From Pseudomonas phage vB_PaeS_PAJD-1: DNA of 32,000 nt. Position 1 is the first letter of the stretch; each line of letters opens with the position of its first letter. This document shows positions 1-7,178 of this stretch, piece by piece. The DNA is taken from the sequence record MW835180.1; one strand, given 5' to 3'. Both the position numbers and the translations under genes were made by a program. The notes under the pieces are model-generated. The model made no database searches. It worked only from the letters and a program-made list of their open reading frames with translations, and had not been told where the DNA came from.

Positions 1-199
1 CTGGTGGGGCCCGTCGCAAGGCGGTGGCGCTGGTGGCAACCGTAGCGGCAGCGGTGGCGGTGCGAACCCGTGGAGCGCTGATGGCTGGAACATGACGGAG
101 CAGGGTCGGATCCTCAAGGAGAACCGTTCCCGTGCCGAGCAGATGGCCAAGAGCGCTGGCACTACCATCGGGGGCCCGCGCCCGCAGCCCCGCAAATAA
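1..199 (+). CDS. C-terminal fragment of a phage head-morphogenesis protein (scaffold/protease-like), truncated at the window edge
   Basis: Frame starting at position 2 reads ...GGGANPWSADGWNMTEQGRILKENRSRAEQMAKSAGTTIGGPRPQPRK*. The NPW..dgwN.TeQg.i.k.n...A..mA..AG pattern is typical of proteins encoded just upstream of phage capsid genes. Confidence 0.55.
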   Translation, partial: WWGPSQGGGAGGNRSGSGGGANPWSADGWNMTEQGRILKENRSRAEQMAKSAGTTIGGPRPQPRK

Positions 200-227
200 T
201 CAAACTCAGGGGCTTGCAAGCTAGACT

Positions 228-263
228 GGCTCATGCTACATTGCGATCATTGTGGCATGAGCC
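228..263 (+). other. Strong hairpin in the leader region upstream of the major capsid gene
   Basis: GGCTCATGC taca..tgtg GCATGAGCC: perfect 9-bp arms plus 3 inner pairs (aca/tgt). No U-tract follows. Confidence 0.6.
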
Positions 264-345
264 ATACTAACGATCGAACGCCAGGCCATGGGGTGCTGGA
301 TTCGAGTCTAGCAAACTTGATCCGAACCTTTTTAGGAGAATTCAT

Positions 346-1380
346 ATGGCTTCCGGTGTAACTCGTATCGCTGACGTCGTCGTCCCCGAGATCTTCTCGC
401 CCTACGTCCAGCAAATGACCCAGGAAAAGTCCCGCCTGATCCGTTCCGGCGCGATCGTCCTGGATGCCCAACTCAACAGCGCCCTCGCGGGTGGCGGTCT
501 GACCTTCAACGAGCCGTCCTTCAAGGATCTGGACAACGACGCCGAAAACGTCTCGACCGATGATCCGGCGACCGACAGCACGCCCAACAAGATCGGCACT
601 GCTACCGAGATCCAGGTCCGCCTGTCGCGGAACAACTCCTGGAGCTCCATGGACCTGTCCGGCGACCTCGCTGGTGCGGATCCGATGCAAGCGATCGCCA
701 ACCGTGTGTCCGACTACTGGACCCGCCGCCAGCAGGCCGCATTCGTTGCGACCCTGAACGGTGTGTTCGCGGACAACGCCGCAGCGCCCACCGGCACCGA
801 GCACGTCCAGAACGACATGACCCATGACGTTTCCGGCGCCAGCTTCGTGGATGGTGTGACGAACTTCAGCGCGGAGTCGTTCATCGACGCCACCGCTACC
901 ATGGGCGACAGCATGGAAGACCTCACGATGGTGATGGTGCATTCCATTGTCTATGCGCGCATGCTGAAGAACAACCTGATCGACTTCGTGTCGGACAGCG
1001 TCAATGGCAATGCGGTTCGCATCCCGACCTTCCTGGGCCGCGAAGTGATCGTCGATGACGGCGTGCCTCGCTCCAGCGGTGTGTTCAACACCTGGCTGTT
1101 CGGTCGTGGTGCTGTTCGCGGCGGCATGGGTTCGCCCAAGGTGCCGACGGAAGTCGATCGCAAGCCGAGCGCAGGTAACGGCGGTGGCCAGGACATCCTG
1201 TTCAACCGCACCGAGTGGATCATCCATCCGGTCGGCCACGCCTACGCTGGCACCCCGCCGAACGGTGGCCCGAGCAACGCCTCCACCACGAACAACCTGG
1301 CTCACGCCGATTCGTGGAAGCGTGTCTTCTCGGAGCGGAAGCAGATCCGGATCGCGCGTCTCATCACCCGCGAGTTCTAA
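346..1380 (+). CDS. Major capsid protein
   Basis: 344 aa, start MASGVTRIADVVVPEIFSPYVQQMTQEKSRLIRSG, GTATEIQVRLSRNNSWSSMDLSGDLAGADPMQAIANRVSDYWTRRQQ; AGGAG SD; position within the head module. Confidence 0.85.
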   Translation: MASGVTRIADVVVPEIFSPYVQQMTQEKSRLIRSGAIVLDAQLNSALAGGGLTFNEPSFKDLDNDAENVSTDDPATDSTPNKIGTATEIQVRLSRNNSWSSMDLSGDLAGADPMQAIANRVSDYWTRRQQAAFVATLNGVFADNAAAPTGTEHVQNDMTHDVSGASFVDGVTNFSAESFIDATATMGDSMEDLTMVMVHSIVYARMLKNNLIDFVSDSVNGNAVRIPTFLGREVIVDDGVPRSSGVFNTWLFGRGAVRGGMGSPKVPTEVDRKPSAGNGGGQDILFNRTEWIIHPVGHAYAGTPPNGGPSNASTTNNLAHADSWKRVFSERKQIRIARLITREF

Positions 1381-1390
1381 TCTGCACTGG

Positions 1391-1414
1391 AACAGGGGTC
1401 GCAAGACCCCTGTT
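1391..1414 (+). terminator. Hairpin directly after the capsid gene (partial terminator or RNA processing/stability element)
   Basis: AACAGGGGTC GCAA GACCCCTGTT: perfect 10-bp stem with GCAA (GNRA) tetraloop, followed by tcgg rather than a long U-tract. Confidence 0.65.
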
Positions 1415-1445
1415 TCGGATTTAACCCTCTAAAGGAGATGCGATC

Positions 1446-1955
1446 ATGAAAGGCCTTCCTCGTTCTACCAGCCGGGGCTCCCCTGCCCGTCAAGACGTTG
1501 TCAAGCAGGTCGTGAAGCTGAACAAGCTCCCGATCACTGTCAATGGCGCGACCGGCGTGGGCTTCGGTACTGCTGTCCTGGGCGACCTGCCGGAAGGGAA
1601 CATCCTGTTCCTCGGTGCGGTGTCGTACGTGCAGATCACCAAGGCGACCGCCGCTGGTGTGCAGGATACGTTCGACGGTGACTACAGCATCGGCAGCGCG
1701 CCGACCGCTGACGCCACTCTGAGCGGTTCCGAAGTGGATATCATTGCTTCGACCGCGCTGGGTGCAGCCACCGCTGGCGTGTCCCCGCGCGCACGTGGCA
1801 CCAATGCCACGCAAGTGATCCTGGACAACACCGACGGATCCCTGGAACTCAACCTGAACCTGCTGATCGACGATGCCAACATCAGCGCCGACAGCCAGTC
1901 CCTGACTGCCAGCGGTGAGCTCCATATCGTCTATAGCGTTCTCGGCGACGACTAA
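1446..1955 (+). CDS. Probable capsid decoration / head accessory protein
   Basis: 169 aa, small Gly/Ala/Thr-rich beta-type protein immediately downstream of the capsid gene; SD AAGGAG; position-based call. Confidence 0.5.
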   Translation: MKGLPRSTSRGSPARQDVVKQVVKLNKLPITVNGATGVGFGTAVLGDLPEGNILFLGAVSYVQITKATAAGVQDTFDGDYSIGSAPTADATLSGSEVDIIASTALGAATAGVSPRARGTNATQVILDNTDGSLELNLNLLIDDANISADSQSLTASGELHIVYSVLGDD

Positions 1956-1961
1956 GGGTAG

Positions 1962-2005
1962 CGGACGCCTGCATGTGGTCAGTATAATGCGGGCGTCCGT
2001 TTCTT
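1962..2005 (+). terminator. Rho-independent terminator
   Basis: CGGACGCCTGCAT / ATGCGGGCGTCCG: 13-bp stem (one G-U), 12-nt loop, followed by TTTCTT. Confidence 0.8.
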
Positions 2006-2028
2006 AACCACACACCGGAGAATGACTC

Positions 2029-2739
2029 ATGACGAACAAGATTGTTGAAGCGCTGCTCAAGCTGGATGTCAAGAACGACAACCATTGGACAGCCGACGGT
2101 CTCCCGCGCCTGGATACCGTGAAGATGCTGGCATCCGACCAGACCCTGACCCGCGATTCCGTCGCTGCGGCGGCGCCTGGCTTTTCCCGTACCACTGCAA
2201 CCGGCTACACCGCGCCCAGCGCCGAACAGCAGGCCCCGCAAGCACAAGGCCAAGGGGGTAGCGGTGAGCAGCAGCAAAGCGCGGCCCCTGCCGCCCCGCA
2301 AACGGCCCCGCAAGCCTCGCAGGCAACCGAATCCGACCAGCGAGCTGATGACCTCGATGCTGGGCAAGCCGAACAGCCCAAGATGGAAGGTTCCGCTGGC
2401 GTGGCAGCCGATGACATCGCGGCGCTCGAAGAGGCGCTGGCCGAGCAAGAAGAGCTCGTGAGCAAGATTCGCGCGCACAAGGCCGAGGTTGATAAGGCCT
2501 TCGAAGAAGCGCGTGCGAAGGAAGACGAGCTTCGCGTCAAGCTGGAAGAAGCGCGTCCGCAGCGCAGCACCGGCAACGACATCCAGGACTATCTGGCCGC
2601 CCAGCGCAAGAACCTGGAAGCGCGTGCTGCCCGCCAGCAGATGATCCGCGAAAGCGGCATCAACCTGAAGGAGCTGGCAAGCAACCTGAAGGCGCCGATC
2701 GACGCTGCTCGCGCACGTCGCAACACTCGCTGGGGCTAA
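2029..2739 (+). CDS. Hypothetical protein with Ala/Gln-rich linker and coiled-coil-like region
   Basis: 236 aa ORF, ggag SD, heptad-like DIAALEEALAEQEELVSKIRAHKAEVDKAFEEARAKEDELRVKLEEA. Confidence 0.75.
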   Translation: MTNKIVEALLKLDVKNDNHWTADGLPRLDTVKMLASDQTLTRDSVAAAAPGFSRTTATGYTAPSAEQQAPQAQGQGGSGEQQQSAAPAAPQTAPQASQATESDQRADDLDAGQAEQPKMEGSAGVAADDIAALEEALAEQEELVSKIRAHKAEVDKAFEEARAKEDELRVKLEEARPQRSTGNDIQDYLAAQRKNLEARAARQQMIRESGINLKELASNLKAPIDAARARRNTRWG

Positions 2740-2742
2740 GCA

Positions 2743-3075
2743 ATGAAGCAGGCACAGGTGATCGCAAAGAACCGGAAAGGGCGTCAGAACCGCACAGCAT
2801 TCGCGGCGCTGATCGATACTCCTGCCGTCGGAGCGGTCACCCTGCCTGCTGGTGCGCGCCTCGCACTCAAGAGCGTAGCCGGCGCAACTGCCGGAACTAC
2901 CGCTGCAACCATCGCGGGAACCAGCAACCGAACGATCAAGACTCCGGCCCTCGCGGCAGGCGAATCCATGACGCTGGACTATGTCGAGCGCGCTGCTGTG
3001 GTCACTCCGGCAGCTGGCTTCGAAGTGCTGCTCGATACCGGCCTGGGTCGCTTCTCTAAGATCGGAGGTGCATAA
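2743..3075 (+). CDS. Hypothetical small structural-module protein
   Basis: 110 aa ORF tightly spaced between neighbours; the 3' end overlaps the next start. Confidence 0.7.
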   Translation: MKQAQVIAKNRKGRQNRTAFAALIDTPAVGAVTLPAGARLALKSVAGATAGTTAATIAGTSNRTIKTPALAAGESMTLDYVERAAVVTPAAGFEVLLDTGLGRFSKIGGA

Positions 3076-3587
3076 TGGCGTTCGTTGTTGAAGACGGTAC
3101 TGCAAAGGCAGACGCCACTTCGTACGTCACTATCGCGGAAGCTGATGGGTACTTTGCTGACCGCGGAATGACAGGCTGGACGGGTGCGGATGCTGTGAAG
3201 CAGTCCGCGCTGATCAAGGCCACAGATTACATCGAGGGGCGCTTCGGACAGCGCTTCATCGGTAGCAAGAAGACGACCACACAGGCTCTGGCATGGCCTC
3301 GCACTGGTGCAGCCGACTTCGCTGACACGGATATCCCTGTGAAGCTGCGCCGCGCGTGCTGCGAATACGCTTTGCGCGCTCTGACTGCTGAACTGGCGCC
3401 CGATCTCAAGGTTGATGCCAGCGGGCTCACTGTTGTCGCAACGAAAAAGAAGGTCGGCCCGATCGAGACGGAATTCGCTGTTCCGCACACCGGCCTTGGC
3501 GCCACCCCTATGCTGTTCCGTCCGTACCCTGCGGCGGATATGCTGTTGCGGGGGCTGGTTTATTCGGCAAGCCAGGTTATCAGGTGA
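3075..3587 (+). CDS. Head-tail connector / 'DnaT-like' phage structural protein
   Basis: 170 aa: YVTIAEADGYFADRG...ALIKATDYIEGRFGQRFIG..TTTQALAWPRTGA...IPVKLRRACCEYALRAL, the pattern of the adaptor/DnaT-like family in this genome position. Confidence 0.7.
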   Translation: MAFVVEDGTAKADATSYVTIAEADGYFADRGMTGWTGADAVKQSALIKATDYIEGRFGQRFIGSKKTTTQALAWPRTGAADFADTDIPVKLRRACCEYALRALTAELAPDLKVDASGLTVVATKKKVGPIETEFAVPHTGLGATPMLFRPYPAADMLLRGLVYSASQVIR

Positions 3588-3590
3588 TCT

Positions 3591-3974
3591 ATGGCTACCG
3601 ACTACAATGAATTCGTCCAGCTGGCACAGGAACTGATCGCCGAGAACGGTAGGCAGGTCACACTCCAGAAGCTGGATGCTACCGCCGCTGACACTAGCAA
3701 GCCCTGGAAGGGCCCGGGCGCCCCTGCTGTAGAGCTGGCCAAGGTGCTGCCTGCTGTGTTCGTGCCTGCGTCTGGTTCGGGCCTGGGGCGCGATATTGTC
3801 AAGGAAGAGCTCCTGGATCGTGTTGAGCAGGTCGCACTCGTTGCACCGACAGACGTGTCGCTGGAAGACTTCCACGCAATTCTTGACGACGGTGTTCGCT
3901 GGAATATCGATTGGGCGCAAGCACTCAAGCCTGGCCCGCTGGTCGTCCTGTATGTATTCGGGGTGAAGCGATGA
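3591..3974 (+). CDS. Probable head closure / neck protein
   Basis: 127 aa, syntenic slot after the connector; ATGA overlap with the next gene. Confidence 0.5.
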   Translation: MATDYNEFVQLAQELIAENGRQVTLQKLDATAADTSKPWKGPGAPAVELAKVLPAVFVPASGSGLGRDIVKEELLDRVEQVALVAPTDVSLEDFHAILDDGVRWNIDWAQALKPGPLVVLYVFGVKR

Positions 3975-4381
3975 CATTCGATGAAGCGCGCGATATCATC
4001 CTCGGGTTTTTCAAGGCGGCATGGGATCCGACGGGGTTCCCTGCCGTTTGGACTGATGTGCCCGGCAGTGCTCCCACTAGCGAGACAGTGTGGGCTCGTG
4101 CTACAATCCGGCACGCAACTGGTCGTCAAGCATCGTTATCCGACGATCAAGGTGCGAAGCGCTGGTCGCGCACTGGAACAGTCTATATCCAAGTGTTCGC
4201 CCCCGTGGGAGATGGCTCCAAGGCCGGATACGATGCAGCCCAGCTCGTGGTGGATGCTTTCCAGGCCGCCCGACATCCGAATGTCTGGTTCCGAGACGTG
4301 CGGATGAATGAAGCTGGGACGAGTGGGGCGTTTGAGCAATTGAACGTCCTGGCAACCTTCTCTTATGACGACGTGAGGTGA
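3971..4381 (+). CDS. Probable tail terminator / tail completion protein
   Basis: MTFDEARDIILGFFKAAWDPTGFPAVWTDVPGSAP...; start taken at ATG 3971 (ATGA coupling), not the upstream alternative start at 3911; slot before the major tail protein. Confidence 0.55.
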   Translation: MTFDEARDIILGFFKAAWDPTGFPAVWTDVPGSAPTSETVWARATIRHATGRQASLSDDQGAKRWSRTGTVYIQVFAPVGDGSKAGYDAAQLVVDAFQAARHPNVWFRDVRMNEAGTSGAFEQLNVLATFSYDDVR

Positions 4382-4385
4382 TCAC

Positions 4386-5915
4386 ATGGCAAACAAGATC
4401 GATTCGAACGTAACCGGCCTCCGGTTCGCCGAAGAGGCTTCTCTCAAAACCCTTCCCGGTTCGCCGGTCTGGTATCCTCTGGAACCGAACTCCTATGCGG
4501 ACTTCGGCGGCCAGATTGCTACCGTGGCCCGCAACCCCATCAACCCGTCGCGCCAGCGCAAGAAGGGCGTGACGACTGACCTGGACGCCTCCGGCGGTTT
4601 CAACCAGGATCTGACCTTCAACAACACGACCCGCCTGCTGCAAGGCTTCTTCTTCGCGGACATCCGTGAGAAGAAAACCACTGCACCCATGAACACGGCT
4701 GCAACGCCGATCACTGGTGTCACCGGCGCGTCCAAGACCTACGCTGCCGCAGCAGGGCTGACCGGCTTCCTGGCCAACCAGCTGATCATGGCGTCGGGCT
4801 TCGGTGTCACCGCCAACAACGGCCTGAAGAGCGTCGCCAGCGCGAGCACTGCGACCGCTGTGGTCATCAACGAGGTGATCTCCGACGAAGCGTCCCCGCC
4901 TGCTGCTGCCAAGTTGGAAGCTGTGGGCTATCAGTTCGCAAGCGCGACTCTGGACGTTACGATGAACGGTTCGCTTGTTCGTCTGACCCGTTCCAGCGGT
5001 GTATTCGACCTGACCACGCTGGGCCTGATTGCTGGCGAATGGGTGTATGTGGGCGGCGATGCTGTTGGCACGCAATTCACGAACAACCGTGGATTCGCTC
5101 GTGTGAGCGTCATCAACGCTGCATACCTGGAATTCGACAAGGTGTCCTGGACCCCGCAAGCGGAAGTTGGCACCGGCAAGACGATTCGCATCTTCTTCGG
5201 TTCCGTGCTGAAGAACGAAAGCGATCCGACGCTGATCAAGCGCCGCACCTACCAAGTGGAGCGCACGCTGGGCGCCGACGCCAACGGTACGATGTCCGAA
5301 TACCTTGTGGGCGCTGTGCCGAACGAGCTGACGCTCAACATCGCACAGGCTGACAAGGTGACGATGGATCTCACCTTCGTTGCGGTGGATAACGAACAGC
5401 GCACTGGCACCCAGGGCGTGAAGTCAGGCACCCGCCCCACGCTGGTTCCGGGTTCCGCGTTCAACACCTCCAGCGACTTCAGCCGTATCAAGTTGGCGCT
5501 GGCCAGCAGCACTGACGCCGCTCCGACTCCGTTGTTTGCCTTTGCGACCGAAATGTCGCTGTCGGTGAATAACAACGTGAGCCCGAACAAGGCGATCGGC
5601 GTGCTGGGCGCATTCGACACCAGCGCGGGCACCTTCGAGGTGGGCGGCAGTACGACGGCCTACTTCGCGGATGTCACCGCTGTGCAGGCTGTGCGCAATA
5701 ACAGCGACGTGACGGTCGATATCGTCATGCTGAAGAAGAACCTCGCGCTGCTGTGGGATATCCCGCTGCTGTCGCTGGGTGATGGTCGTCTGGCGGTTGA
5801 GCAAGACCAGGCGATCACTCTGCCTCTGGAAAACAACGCGGCTGAATCCAAATTCGGCCACACCCTGCTCTTCCAGAGCTTCTCCTACTTGCCTGACGTG
5901 GCTGGCGGCGTGTAA
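4386..5915 (+). CDS. Major tail (tube) protein
   Basis: 509 aa, largest protein between the completion protein and tail chaperones; repeated NNTTRLLQGFFFADIREK / GTQGVKSGTRPTLVPGSAFNTSSDFSRIKLAL pattern of phage tail tube proteins. Confidence 0.7.
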   Translation: MANKIDSNVTGLRFAEEASLKTLPGSPVWYPLEPNSYADFGGQIATVARNPINPSRQRKKGVTTDLDASGGFNQDLTFNNTTRLLQGFFFADIREKKTTAPMNTAATPITGVTGASKTYAAAAGLTGFLANQLIMASGFGVTANNGLKSVASASTATAVVINEVISDEASPPAAAKLEAVGYQFASATLDVTMNGSLVRLTRSSGVFDLTTLGLIAGEWVYVGGDAVGTQFTNNRGFARVSVINAAYLEFDKVSWTPQAEVGTGKTIRIFFGSVLKNESDPTLIKRRTYQVERTLGADANGTMSEYLVGAVPNELTLNIAQADKVTMDLTFVAVDNEQRTGTQGVKSGTRPTLVPGSAFNTSSDFSRIKLALASSTDAAPTPLFAFATEMSLSVNNNVSPNKAIGVLGAFDTSAGTFEVGGSTTAYFADVTAVQAVRNNSDVTVDIVMLKKNLALLWDIPLLSLGDGRLAVEQDQAITLPLENNAAESKFGHTLLFQSFSYLPDVAGGV

Positions 5916-5919
5916 GCTA

Positions 5920-5950
5920 CAGGGGCGCGAGCAATGGTGCCCGCGCCCTG
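5920..5950 (+). other. GC-rich hairpin after the major tail protein gene
   Basis: GGGCGCG a gca ATGG tgc c CGCGCCC, with flanking CAG/CTG; no U-tract. Confidence 0.5.
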
Positions 5951-5973
5951 AAACTGCACCATGAGGTGATCTA

Positions 5974-6393
5974 ATGAGTCTCTACAAACAATTCAAGACC
6001 GACAACACCCTCGAGAAGGACGGCATCCTGCTCGAGTACGGTGAAAACAGCAAGGGCAAGCCGATCTGCATTCGCGTGGCGCGTGCGGGCGGTTCGAACA
6101 ACGCCTACGCCAAACGGATGGAAGCGCGCGTGAAGCCCTACCGTCGCCAGATCCAGAACGAGACGATGGAATCCGCGCTGGTGGAGCGCATCGTCAAAGA
6201 GGTGTATGCCGAGACCGTCGTCATTGGCTGGGAGAACGTCGAGGACGAGAACGGCAACGCGATGGAATTCTCGGTCGAGAACTGCATCAAGCTGTTCGAC
6301 GACCTGCCGGACCTGTTCCGCGACATCCAGGAGCAGAGCCAGCGTGCTGCACTCTTCCGCGCGGAGGTGCGGGAGGCTGACGCAAAAAACTAA
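5974..6393 (+). CDS. Tail assembly chaperone, short form (gpG-like)
   Basis: 139 aa ORF between tail tube and tape measure; ends ...GCA AAA AAC TAA at a canonical slippery heptamer. Confidence 0.8.
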   Translation: MSLYKQFKTDNTLEKDGILLEYGENSKGKPICIRVARAGGSNNAYAKRMEARVKPYRRQIQNETMESALVERIVKEVYAETVVIGWENVEDENGNAMEFSVENCIKLFDDLPDLFRDIQEQSQRAALFRAEVREADAKN

Positions 6394-6749
6394 CGGACGT
6401 CCTGCTCTACTACCTGGAGCAGGGCCCCACGGAAAAGTTCATCATTCAACAGTGCGTTCAACAACGCTTACCGCTACCGGAGAAGATTGCCAATGCCCCT
6501 GAACTGCTGCTAGGACTGGAGATGTACCATATGGCCTTCCTTGACTTGACCACATGTCGCGGAACTGGCTATAACACCGAAGGCCCAATCAGCTGGCTCG
6601 CCATAAAGGAGTGGGCGGACGCAAACGAGATCGAGGGAGAGCAACGCGAGGATCTGTTCTACCACATACAGGCACTCGACAAGGTCTATCTCGACTTCAA
6701 AGCGAAGAAGTTGAAGAGCGCCACGCAACAAACAGGAGCTGGCAAATAG
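5974..6749 (+). CDS. Tail assembly chaperone, -1 frameshift product (gpGT-like), join(5974..6390,6390..6749), about 258 aa
   Basis: After slippage at A_AAA_AAC the -1 frame is open to the TAG at 6747-6749: LTDVLLYYLEQGPTEKFIIQQCVQQRLPLPEKIANAPELLLGLEMYHMAFLDLTTCRGTGYNTEGPISWLAIKEWADANEIEGEQREDLFYHIQALDKVYLDFKAKK... Confidence 0.85.
6384..6390 (+). promoter_or_regulatory. Programmed -1 ribosomal frameshift slippery site
   Basis: AAAAAAC in register GC[A AAA AAC] TAA, immediately before the zero-frame stop. Confidence 0.85.
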
Positions 6750-7178
6750 ATGGCCGACTTGAGACAGTTCGCGGGACGGATTCGTGTGATGGGTAAGCGT
6801 ATTGAAAAGAACGCTGATGCCATGACGCGGAAGGTCGCGCTCGCTGTTGATAGCGCTGTGGTCATCGCCACCCCTGTAGATACGGGTCGCGCGCGTTCTA
6901 ACTGGCAGGTCAATCTCGGTGGGCCTGCTAGTGGGACGCGCGACGCACTCGATCAAACTGGTCAAGCTGCAATCGCAGAAGGTCAGACGGAGATCGCTAA
7001 GTACAAGGGCGGTTCCGCAATCCATATCACGAACAACCTTCCATATATCGGACGGCTGAATGACGGCTGGTCAGCACAAGCCCCGTCGGGCTTTGTTGAG
7101 AAGGCAGTCTTAGTCGGGGTCGCTGCTGCGCAGGGCGCCGGAAGCCTGTTGCAGAACGCTTTGAAAGAGGAGCTGTAA
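6750..7178 (+). CDS. Minor tail / HK97 gp10-like completion protein
   Basis: 142 aa with AVVIATPVDTGRARSNWQVNLG...IHITNNLPYIGRLNDGWSAQAPSGFVEKAV, typical of the gp10-like family. Confidence 0.7.
   Translation: MADLRQFAGRIRVMGKRIEKNADAMTRKVALAVDSAVVIATPVDTGRARSNWQVNLGGPASGTRDALDQTGQAAIAEGQTEIAKYKGGSAIHITNNLPYIGRLNDGWSAQAPSGFVEKAVLVGVAAAQGAGSLLQNALKEEL

Noticed and set aside
200-330. Possible tRNA upstream of the capsid gene (TTCGAGT loop, gctagact/agtctagc pairing)
   Set aside because: The GGATTCGAGTC segment forms only an imperfect T-arm and there is no matching 7-bp acceptor stem or anticodon arm on either strand. The pairing is better described as leader secondary structure.
247-1404. 385-aa minus-strand ORF opposite the capsid gene
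   Set aside because: Antisense shadow ORF in high-GC DNA; composition is not protein-like and the plus-strand capsid CDS with good SD explains the region.
1882-3105. 407-aa minus-strand ORF
   Set aside because: Antisense to three well-supported plus-strand CDSs and spans an intrinsic terminator.
4101-5255. 384-aa minus-strand ORF opposite the tail protein genes
   Set aside because: Antisense shadow of the tail completion and major tail protein genes; no SD or domain pattern.
6206-6502. 98-aa plus-strand ORF overlapping the tail chaperone
   Set aside because: It is in the +1 frame. The functional extension is the -1 frame reached from A_AAA_AAC. The sequence is Arg/Ser-rich and not protein-like.
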